From an uncultured Bacteroides sp. (GTDB taxonomy: Bacteria; Bacteroidota; Bacteroidia; Cytophagales; Cyclobacteriaceae), in the NCBI GenBank assembly GCA_902168185.1, contig CABHOV010000037.1, positions 12,930 to 76,929 of the forward strand: a stretch of DNA of 64,000 nucleotides, given 5' to 3'. The notes under the pieces are model-generated. The model was not told where the DNA came from. It did no database searches and worked only from the letters and a program-made list of their open reading frames with translations. Each line of letters starts with the position of its first letter. Position 1 is the first letter of the stretch. Made by a program: the position numbers and the translations under genes. Shown here one piece after another: positions 25,118 through 33,159 of this stretch.

Positions 25118-27028
25118 ATGAATACTACAGCCAGCCGGGATACTGACATTATTCTTGTTGAGAGCAATGATCAGGATTCAGAATTGATTACCAGGACGCT
25201 TGCTAAAAATAGTATCCTGAACAAAACTATACGCCTCAAAAACGGTGGAGAACTACTGGACTATCTTTTCGAAAAAGGAAGTTCCGAACCGGCAACACTG
25301 AAACATCTTCCCAAAGTAATTTTAATAGATGTAAATCTTCCGGATGATGTCCGTGAACTGGAAACATTAAAACAACTACGAAGTAACAAGGCTACCCGGA
25401 ATATACCGGTCATAATCCTTACCGCCAGTGAAGGTGATACAAAACTGTTTGAGCAATACAAACTTCGTATCACGGCCTATATTCACAAAAACCTTGAATT
25501 TGAAAGATTCGAAGAAGCACTGCTACAAGTACAACTATATTTAAAAACGTATCGCATTTTAATCCTGGAAGACAACCCTGACGATGCCGAGCTCCTGCTC
25601 TATGAAATCGCATCCTTTAACATTCAGCTTGTCTCTAAAATTGCGAGCAACAAAGAAGAATATATACATGCACTGGAGAGTTTTGATCCGGATGTTGTTA
25701 TTGCTGACTTTAATATACCCCCTAACTTCGATGCCATACAAGCCATTCGACTTCTACGCAAGAAAAGTCCACGGGTTCCATTTATTCTGATCTCCGGAGG
25801 ATTAACAGAGGAATTCGCAGCCGGCTGTCTGAGTGAAGGTATAGATGATTATCTTTTGAAGTCAAACCTGAAACGCTTTCCGATCAGTTTGACGAATATG
25901 CTTCGCAAAAAGAAAACCGAGGACGAAAAGGATCTTGCGTTGCAAATGCTGAAGGAAAGCGAAGAGCGTTATCGGAAGATCATTGAAACCGCGCAGGAAG
26001 GTATATGGGTATTGGATGCACAGAACCAGACTATATTTGTTAACAAGCGATTGGCCGAGATGCTTGAGTTTACGGAAGAGGAAATGATGACGAGGTCTTT
26101 CTTTGAATTTATGGATGAAGAAGACCGCGCACATTCGATTGGACATTTCAAAAAACTTGAGAAAGGAAAAAAGATATCCCTCGGAATAAAGTTGAATTCA
26201 AAGACGGGCAAGAAAGTATGGACGTCTATATCCGGAAATCCTTTATATAGCAAAGAAGGACAATATACCGGAGCCTTTGGCATGATCACCGATATTACTG
26301 CATTGAAAACCGTGCAGTTCAACCTGGAGTCGAAGATTACTGAACTGAATGCTTTTCTATATCACACTTCGCATGTACTGCGTGGGCCGGTATCTTCTGC
26401 GCGTGGATTGATCAATGTGTTAAAAATGGTTTCACAAGACAGCGAAGAGCAGGATTTTTTAAAGATGCTGGATGATTGCAACGTGGAGATGATAACGATG
26501 CTGGAAGAGCTCACACGAATCTCTACGCTATACTATAAACCTGTCGTCCACGACCGTATTGATTTTGAAGAACTCGTTCGCGAGGTAGTTCATGATCTGC
26601 GTGAATATCCGAAAAGCGAAAAGACAACGTATACCGTATATGCTGACAAGGATATATCTTTTTACAGCGATCCATTTATAATCAAACCTATATTTATATG
26701 CCTCTTTAAGAATTCCATTACCTATTCGGATGACTCCCGGGAATGCGAAATTACGGTAAACGTACAACGTGAAAATAAAACAGTTAAAATAGAAGTGATG
26801 GACAATGGTGACGGCATTCCTCCGGAATTTCAATCACGTGTATTTGATATGTTTTACCGTGCACATAAAAAAGCGCGCGGTCCCGGACTAGGTCTATATA
26901 TAGTACGGCATATCATTGAAAGGCTGAATGGAAAAATTAGTCTTCAGAGCGAAAAAAATATTGGAACCACAATAACGCTAATGATTCCCGTTCCCTCGGT
27001 ACTACCAGCCGTGGTGAAACATGTTTGA
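25118..27028 (+). CDS. REC-REC-PAS-DHp-HATPase hybrid kinase with N-terminal receivers
   Basis: Two receiver modules, the first with deviant acidic-pocket and K-P residues. PAS (YRKIIETAQEGIWVLD...). Variant H-box YHTSHVLRGPVSSARGLINVLK. HATPase (DNGDGIPPEF, GPGLGLYIV). Confidence 0.85.
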   Translation: MNTTASRDTDIILVESNDQDSELITRTLAKNSILNKTIRLKNGGELLDYLFEKGSSEPATLKHLPKVILIDVNLPDDVRELETLKQLRSNKATRNIPVIILTASEGDTKLFEQYKLRITAYIHKNLEFERFEEALLQVQLYLKTYRILILEDNPDDAELLLYEIASFNIQLVSKIASNKEEYIHALESFDPDVVIADFNIPPNFDAIQAIRLLRKKSPRVPFILISGGLTEEFAAGCLSEGIDDYLLKSNLKRFPISLTNMLRKKKTEDEKDLALQMLKESEERYRKIIETAQEGIWVLDAQNQTIFVNKRLAEMLEFTEEEMMTRSFFEFMDEEDRAHSIGHFKKLEKGKKISLGIKLNSKTGKKVWTSISGNPLYSKEGQYTGAFGMITDITALKTVQFNLESKITELNAFLYHTSHVLRGPVSSARGLINVLKMVSQDSEEQDFLKMLDDCNVEMITMLEELTRISTLYYKPVVHDRIDFEELVREVVHDLREYPKSEKTTYTVYADKDISFYSDPFIIKPIFICLFKNSITYSDDSRECEITVNVQRENKTVKIEVMDNGDGIPPEFQSRVFDMFYRAHKKARGPGLGLYIVRHIIERLNGKISLQSEKNIGTTITLMIPVPSVLPAVVKHV

Positions 27029-27049
27029 CGCTTGTGCCGCTATACTATT

Positions 27050-29986
27050 TCAGGCACTCAATTTCGCGGGAGTAAATTTAGCAACCTTCAGACGGAGTTC
27101 TTCAGGGTCGAATGGTTTACTGATGAAGTCGTTCATGCCCATCTCCATTACTTTATCGCGCATGCCACTCATGGCCGCAGCCGTAAGCGCAATGATAGGT
27201 ATATCTTTGAAGTAAGGATCTTCCATTGAGCGGATCTTGCGTGAAGCCTCATAGCCATCCATACCTGGCATCTGAAGATCCATGAATACCATATTATAGG
27301 ATTTACTGCCAATCATTGTTAACGCCTCGAGTCCGTCATTGGCTATATCTACTGCTACGCCCCATTGCTCCATAAAGTTAGAAGCCACCAACTGGTTGAT
27401 ACGATTATCTTCTACGAGAAGAACACTAATTGTTTTATCATTTACAAGCTTACCGGAGACAGCACGTTTTTCTAAAACACGTACACCCTTACTTTTCTCC
27501 ATGAGCAATACAAACGAGAATGTAGAACCATATCCGGGAACACTTTCTAATTCAATCTTGCTACCCATTAAATGAAGTAATCCCTTCGTGATGGTTAGGC
27601 CAAGCCCTGTGCCACCAAACCTGCGGGTGATATCATTATCAGCTTGAGAAAAGTGGTCAAATATAGTATCAAGCTTGTCGGCATCTATACCGATACCGGT
27701 ATCTTTCACCGCGAAAAGCACTTTACATTTACCGTTCTCTTCACCCAGTGATGTAACCGAAAATTCAACATAGCCTCGCTCGGTAAATTTGATAGCGTTG
27801 CTCAACAGGTTTGTAACAATCTGAGAAATACGTACCGTGTCGCCCTTTACAAATTCAGGCAAACGCTCATCGTACCTCATATATAGGGCGATGTTCTTTT
27901 CTTTCGCGCGCTGCTCCAACATTTGCTTCGTGTCTGATAACAGCGAGTTCAAATTAATATCAATGGATTCGAGTACGATCTTACCGGCTTCGATCTTGCT
28001 GAAATCAAGAATGTCGTTGATAATGGTTAACAGGTTATGGCCTGAGAACTTCAATAAGTGAAGACGCTCGCGTTGATCTTCACGCGGGTCATTCTGCAAC
28101 ATCAGATTGGTAAGACCTATAATAGCGTTCATCGGTGTCCGTATCTCGTGACTCATCATCGAGAGGAACAAACTCTTGGCACGCGTAGCTTCTTCTGCTT
28201 TTTCTTTTGCAATTTGAAGAGATGCTTCAAACTCTTTCCGCTTGGATATATCCCGGGCAGAAGTCTGGAAGCCGATCATATCACCTTTATCATCATAAAA
28301 AGGATGAGCATTCGATTCGAACCAAATATAGGAGCCATCTTTTCTACGCATCCTGTATTCAATAGTAGCGGATTTCCCTTCGAAGACTACAGACTGCATG
28401 ATCTCCCGCACATACGCTTCATCGTCTGCATGTACATTATCGTACGGAGAGTTGCCTACAAGTTCATCAGGAGTATATCCCAATATTTCTTCCACCGAAG
28501 GTGATATGAATGTGCGGGTAGTCTCCGCATCGGTTTTGTATAGCGTAATAAGATCTTTCGAGTTGCTGGACAGAAGCCTATAGAGTTCTTCACTATCTCT
28601 TAACTTCTGATGAACTTCTTTTATTTCGGTGATGTCATGTGTAGTACCTATATAGCCAATAACGTTTCCATTGGCATCCATCATCTGTGTGCCTTCGCTG
28701 ATGATCCAGCGAACACCACGGACCGCATTCATAAAACGGAACGCAAGCTTAAGTTCACGTTTACTTTCAACTGCTTTATACCATTCTCTTAATACACGAT
28801 GGCGATCTTCTATATAGATTGCATGCAACCATCCTTCATGGAGTGCCTGTTCCTCGGTTAAGCCAGTAATTTCACACCAGCGCTTGTTCACATAGGTACA
28901 TGCACCCGTGGCATCAGTTTGAAAAATACCAACCGGTGCATTTCCGGCAAGCAAGCGAAATCGCTGCTCGCTTTCGGTGCGCTCGATCTCTATATTCTTT
29001 AATGCAGTTATATCGCGGGATATAACACTTACTTTCAATACTTGACCGTCACTTGAAAATTGCATATTCACGCTCTGGCCAAGCCAACGCTCTTCGCCAT
29101 TCTTGTTAAGCATGACGAGCTGAAAGTATGTATTACTTTCCTTTGACTTTCGTTGCGCTTTGTAGAACTCGACTACTTCCCGTTGATAATCCGGGTGTAC
29201 AAGTTCCCAATACTGTTTGGAAAGTAACTCCTCACGGGTATATCCACAGGCACGCTCCATTACCGGGTTCACAAAACAGAAGTAACCATTAAGGTCCAGT
29301 TCGTAGATCAGGTCGGTAGCGTTCTCCACCATTTCTCTATACTGGCGTTCGCGAACTTCCAGTTGCTCTTGCAGCGTCTGAATCTGCTCGATATTACTGC
29401 GGATCTCTTCTTCCGAAGCTTGTAATTCATTGTTGAGTACACTGAGTTGGAGATTGGAATCATGCAAGGTCTTCGCCTTGTCATTCATCTGGCTTGCTAT
29501 ATACTTTAGCTCGATCTGTTTAACAACGTTGTTTGCCAGTGTACGCAAACTTGAATATTGAATTTCGGTTAGCGCTTTTGGTGAAGTATCCATTACACAC
29601 AGCGTACCGATCTTATACCCATCGGATGTAATCAGCGGCATGCCTGCATAAAACTGAATTCCCAGTTCACCTGTAACCAAAGGACTGCTTGCAAAGCGAT
29701 TGTCTTTTCGTGCATCTGGCACGATCATCATATCATCTTGTTGAATGGCATATGCGCAAAACGCATGCTCACGGGGAGTCTCCTGTATATCTAGTCCTAC
29801 CTTTGCCTTAAACCATTGCCTGCGTGCATCTACTAAACTGATCACGGATATCGAGGCATCACAAATAGCAGCAGCAAGCTTCACAATGTCGTTCAGGTCC
29901 TCTTCATCTTTTGTATCAAGAACCTGAAGTTTACGAAGTGTTTCAAGCCGGTCTTCTTCTGAAGCGTTCGGGAGGGGACAGTTCAT
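27050..29986 (-). CDS. Hybrid sensor histidine kinase: GAF, coiled coil, ~4 PAS, HisKA, HATPase, REC
   Basis: N-terminal GAF; H-box FLSMMSHEIRTPMNAIIG; HATPase (NLLSNAIKFT, DTGIGI, GTGLGLTI). C-terminal receiver (VLLVEDNRINQ...MVFMDLQMPGMDG...IIALTAAA...FISKPF). 978 aa. Confidence 0.9.
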   Translation of the reverse strand: MNCPLPNASEEDRLETLRKLQVLDTKDEEDLNDIVKLAAAICDASISVISLVDARRQWFKAKVGLDIQETPREHAFCAYAIQQDDMMIVPDARKDNRFASSPLVTGELGIQFYAGMPLITSDGYKIGTLCVMDTSPKALTEIQYSSLRTLANNVVKQIELKYIASQMNDKAKTLHDSNLQLSVLNNELQASEEEIRSNIEQIQTLQEQLEVRERQYREMVENATDLIYELDLNGYFCFVNPVMERACGYTREELLSKQYWELVHPDYQREVVEFYKAQRKSKESNTYFQLVMLNKNGEERWLGQSVNMQFSSDGQVLKVSVISRDITALKNIEIERTESEQRFRLLAGNAPVGIFQTDATGACTYVNKRWCEITGLTEEQALHEGWLHAIYIEDRHRVLREWYKAVESKRELKLAFRFMNAVRGVRWIISEGTQMMDANGNVIGYIGTTHDITEIKEVHQKLRDSEELYRLLSSNSKDLITLYKTDAETTRTFISPSVEEILGYTPDELVGNSPYDNVHADDEAYVREIMQSVVFEGKSATIEYRMRRKDGSYIWFESNAHPFYDDKGDMIGFQTSARDISKRKEFEASLQIAKEKAEEATRAKSLFLSMMSHEIRTPMNAIIGLTNLMLQNDPREDQRERLHLLKFSGHNLLTIINDILDFSKIEAGKIVLESIDINLNSLLSDTKQMLEQRAKEKNIALYMRYDERLPEFVKGDTVRISQIVTNLLSNAIKFTERGYVEFSVTSLGEENGKCKVLFAVKDTGIGIDADKLDTIFDHFSQADNDITRRFGGTGLGLTITKGLLHLMGSKIELESVPGYGSTFSFVLLMEKSKGVRVLEKRAVSGKLVNDKTISVLLVEDNRINQLVASNFMEQWGVAVDIANDGLEALTMIGSKSYNMVFMDLQMPGMDGYEASRKIRSMEDPYFKDIPIIALTAAAMSGMRDKVMEMGMNDFISKPFDPEELRLKVAKFTPAKLSA

Positions 29987-30015
29987 AGGTTAGGGTATAT
30001 AGAAATATAGTATAC

Positions 30016-30501
30016 TTAGGATGATAGAATTTTCTGCATGGCCCTTGCTTCGTCCATCAATACCTCATGTGAAGCGATGAGCTTAACAATCCGGTCTTTA
30101 TACTCGGAGCCATGTATAGTATTAGAAGTTTCTTCCAAATGAATAATTTCGGCATATAGTACATCGGTACACAACAGCGATGTGGAAGACTTCAATTTAT
30201 GAAGTATACGTGCAGCGTCTTCAGCATTGTTTGAAGACACTATATACTTGAGTTCTTCCAATAACACCGGTGTAAATTCGAGGAAAGCACCGAGTAGTTC
30301 TTCTTGTATTTTATCATAGCCCCCGGTGAGCTTATTAAATTTATCAACATCAAAAAAGCGCTCAGCAGGTTTATTTTTAGCCGCTACATCACGCTCCTGA
30401 ACAGATACTTCCACAAAGGTCTGGTTCTTCAAAAGAATTTGATTCATTGATCTGTTCGTATTCATACTTTTAAAATTTAAGATTTCAGCCTGAGAATTCA
30501 T
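30016..30501 (-). CDS. Histidine phosphotransfer (Hpt) domain protein
   Basis: AEDAARILHKLKSSTSLLCTDVLYAEI is an Hpt-type HxLK[GS]S motif in a four-helix-length protein. The ORF-track start at 30507 is a TTG; the first ATG is at 30499-30501. Confidence 0.7.
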   Translation of the reverse strand: MNSQAEILNFKSMNTNRSMNQILLKNQTFVEVSVQERDVAAKNKPAERFFDVDKFNKLTGGYDKIQEELLGAFLEFTPVLLEELKYIVSSNNAEDAARILHKLKSSTSLLCTDVLYAEIIHLEETSNTIHGSEYKDRIVKLIASHEVLMDEARAMQKILSS

Positions 30502-30530
30502 GTACAAAAATGCATTGAAAAGCCGCTTTA

Positions 30531-30566
30531 AAAATCAGCATATGGCTGATTTTTAGTAAAATCAGG
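30531..30566. promoter_or_regulatory. Palindromic operator-like site: AAAATCAGC-atatg-GCTGATTTT-tagt-AAAATCAGG
   Basis: Three alternating half-sites of the motif TGATTTT/AAAATCA, centred about 55 nt upstream of the Hpt start. The same inverted repeat recurs at 31449-31467 and 32063-32078. Confidence 0.5.
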
Positions 30567-30632
30567 AAGTGTAGAATGATCTAAGTTTTTCACTTAAACA
30601 ATCCGTAAAATGCGCACAGGAAAGGATGATTT

Positions 30633-31385
30633 TTATGCCTTTAAGTTTGGAATCCACACGAAGAAGCTGGACCCGCAACCTTCCTCGGAATTAACCGTTA
30701 TACTGCCACTCATTTTGCGCAACACTTCATTTACAATATAGAGGCCGATACCCGCACCTTGCGACTGCTGTGAACCCCTATAAAAAAGCTGGAATATATT
30801 CTTCTGAATATCGGCAGATATACCGATACCGTTGTCCAGTACTTTAATGTGACAGCCATTACTGTTTACGCGCACGAATATATCTACATAACGATCCTCC
30901 TTAGAGGAATCATTAAAAACAAGTGCATTTAATATCAGCTGCGAAAATACCATTACAAGTCGCTCCTGATCGGTATAGAATGGAACGGTCTGCACTACAT
31001 TTTTGGACAGTCTGATGTTCTTATCTTCTGCTTCCTTTTTATGCTCTACCAATATAGTGTCCAGAACTTCATTCATGGAAACTGATTCGATCACCAGTTC
31101 CTTCCTGGAGTTCGCGAGAAACTGTTCAAGCTCACTCAGAATGGTTTCCATTTTGTTTACCGTCTTTTGAATCAATTCAAGGTGTTGTGGCAACTGAATA
31201 GTATCAGCCGGTTGATTTTTCAATAACGTCACCAATCCTGTTATGGATTTAAGTGGACCACGCATCGAGTGGGAGCAATTATATAGGAACTTGTCGATAA
31301 CGTTCTTCGCTTTTGCAAGTTCTTTACCAATAGATTGTTCTTCCCGCTCTTTTTCTTCCATTACAATAACTTTACTGGATAGCAT
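30633..31385 (-). CDS. Small cytoplasmic histidine kinase (DHp + HATPase only)
   Basis: Variant H-box FLYNCSHSMRGPLKSITGLVTLLK and HATPase boxes (LILNALVFN, DNGIGIS, GAGIGLYIV). 250 aa with no sensor domain. Confidence 0.85.
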   Translation of the reverse strand: MLSSKVIVMEEKEREEQSIGKELAKAKNVIDKFLYNCSHSMRGPLKSITGLVTLLKNQPADTIQLPQHLELIQKTVNKMETILSELEQFLANSRKELVIESVSMNEVLDTILVEHKKEAEDKNIRLSKNVVQTVPFYTDQERLVMVFSQLILNALVFNDSSKEDRYVDIFVRVNSNGCHIKVLDNGIGISADIQKNIFQLFYRGSQQSQGAGIGLYIVNEVLRKMSGSITVNSEEGCGSSFFVWIPNLKA

Positions 31386-31448
31386 ACTAACTGTGAATTG
31401 ATGATAACAAAATTGGTAAATAGAGATCTATATCGAATGCGCCACCCA

Positions 31449-31467
31449 CTGATTTTGAAAAAATCAG
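31449..31467. promoter_or_regulatory. Palindromic operator-like site CTGATTTT-gaa-AAAATCAG
   Basis: Perfect 8-3-8 inverted repeat about 73 nt upstream of the mini-kinase start. Two extra AAATCA half-sites follow at 31475-31480 and 31486-31491. Confidence 0.5.
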
Positions 31468-31516
31468 GGCGCAGAAATCATCAGGAAATCACCTGAGTAA
31501 AACACTTAACTTAAAA

Positions 31517-32002
31517 TTATTTACTCATTTCCAGGTGCGTGGAAATGATTCGGCTGAGAATGCCTAATGATTGAATTTGTTCGCCTGAAAATTTACGAGG
31601 CTTGTTGTCTGCCAATCCGATAGTACCCAACACAATGCCATCTGCTGTAACGATTGGCATACCGGCAAGGAAACGAATAACAGGTTGATCGAACACACGG
31701 GAATCGAATTTAAATATAGCTTCCTTCAGCGTGTCTTCTATTTCAGTATAGTGATGATCGCGTATGATAGACTCCCACAGCTGAACACGCTCCTCGGTAA
31801 CAGCATTTCCTGCAGAAGCAAAAGCTTGCAACGTATTATCAACAAAAAAACAGATGGACACTGAAGTGGTTCTGCTGATAATAATGGCGAGTTGTGCGAG
31901 TTCTTTCCAAAAACGTTCATTGGCCACGTTGTCAACAAAATCCGGCAACAAGCTTTTCAGCTTTTCTTCTGGAATTTGATCAGCATCTGCCTTTGTCGTC
32001 AT
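31517..32002 (-). CDS. Stand-alone GAF domain protein
   Basis: 161 aa, similar to the N-terminal GAF of the hybrid kinase 27050-29986 (..FLAGMPIVTADGIVLGTIGLADNKPRKFSGEQIQSL..). Confidence 0.75.
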   Translation of the reverse strand: MTTKADADQIPEEKLKSLLPDFVDNVANERFWKELAQLAIIISRTTSVSICFFVDNTLQAFASAGNAVTEERVQLWESIIRDHHYTEIEDTLKEAIFKFDSRVFDQPVIRFLAGMPIVTADGIVLGTIGLADNKPRKFSGEQIQSLGILSRIISTHLEMSK

Positions 32003-32062
32003 GTCCTTTCGTTAACGACACAAAGATGTCGCTACTCCCCCTATATTTAGACAGGGAGAAAA

Positions 32063-32078
32063 TGATTTTACAAAATCA
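32063..32078. promoter_or_regulatory. Palindromic operator-like site TGATTTT-ac-AAAATCA (7-2-7)
   Basis: Perfect 7-bp arms with a 2-nt spacer, about 68 nt upstream of the GAF gene start and 32 nt downstream of the LuxR-type regulator stop. Confidence 0.5.
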
Positions 32079-32109
32079 GGGTATGACTTAGGAGTTCTAA
32101 GTAAAACAC

Positions 32110-32781
32110 TTAGGACCGCGGTACTTTCCTTTCCAACGCATATCGTACAAGCTGTGCAGTACCCGAAAGACCGAGCTTATCCTGTATATGTAGCTTATGC
32201 GTCTCTACCGTTTTTACACTGATGAATAACTCTTCTCCAATTTGCTTTAGGCTTTTACCCTCTGCTATGAGCATGAGTACTTCTTCCTCACGTTTTGAAA
32301 GAATGCTACTCTTCAGTTGATCGCCTTTATTTGAATCACGTTGTGCGGATTTCACTGGCGATGAAAAATCATCGAGCACCAGGGAAGTAACATCAGCACT
32401 AAAATACTTCTCTCCTTTTACAACACTTCGTATAGCTTTGACGAGAACCTCCGATGTACTGTTCTTATTCAGGTACCCATCCATTCCGCTGCGAAGCCCG
32501 GCCCGTATAAAATCTTTATTCACTTCGCTGGACACCAGTATAACTTTCGTTTGAGGATTCTGCTCTTTGATCCAGCGCGTAGCTTCTATACCCGTCATAC
32601 CTTTCATGACTATATCCATGATCACAACATCCGGAGCAAGCTCGGTTGCGCTATTCACGGCTTCCTCTCCGCTTTCAAGACTTCTCAGAATTTCAACTTC
32701 GCCTGTTTCGCGCAGCAACGAAACTATACCCTGGCGTACCAATCCATGATCATCAACGACTATAACTTTTACTGTATCCAT
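32110..32781 (-). CDS. NarL/LuxR (FixJ) family response regulator (REC + LuxR-type HTH)
   Basis: VIVVDDHGLVRQG, DVVIMDIVM, VILVSS and the C-terminal LSKREEEVLMLIAEGKSLKQIGEELFISVKTVETHKLHIQDKLG. Confidence 0.9.
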   Translation of the reverse strand: MDTVKVIVVDDHGLVRQGIVSLLRETGEVEILRSLESGEEAVNSATELAPDVVIMDIVMKGMTGIEATRWIKEQNPQTKVILVSSEVNKDFIRAGLRSGMDGYLNKNSTSEVLVKAIRSVVKGEKYFSADVTSLVLDDFSSPVKSAQRDSNKGDQLKSSILSKREEEVLMLIAEGKSLKQIGEELFISVKTVETHKLHIQDKLGLSGTAQLVRYALERKVPRS

Positions 32782-32790
32782 ACGGTCATT

Positions 32791-33159
32791 TTATTTATCC
32801 AGTATACTTTTTATTACTTCGTGCAAATCATCCAGCGAGCAAGGCTTTTTTATAAATGCCCTTACATTCAAGCTTAATGCTCTTGCCTCATTTTGATGCG
32901 GTGGCTTCGCCGAAAAAATAGCGATCGGTATATTTCGCATCATTTTGTCTTGCGCGATCTTTTCGATCAAAGCAAATCCATCGAGCTTCGGCATCAGCAG
33001 ATCAGTAATGATCAGGTCAGGTATACTATAAACAAGTCTTTTATACGCTTCATGTCCGTTGGCACAAGGCTCAACATCATACCCCTCCATCGTTAAGAAG
33101 TCCGTTACATGCTGAAGTAAATCAGGTGTATCTTCAACTACCATTATCTTTTTAGGCAT
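32791..33159 (-). CDS. Single-domain response regulator
   Basis: IMVVEDTPDL, DLIITDLLMPKLDG, IAIFSA and FIKKP. The start overlaps the upstream kinase stop by 8 nt (ATGCCTAA). Confidence 0.9.
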   Translation of the reverse strand: MPKKIMVVEDTPDLLQHVTDFLTMEGYDVEPCANGHEAYKRLVYSIPDLIITDLLMPKLDGFALIEKIAQDKMMRNIPIAIFSAKPPHQNEARALSLNVRAFIKKPCSLDDLHEVIKSILDK

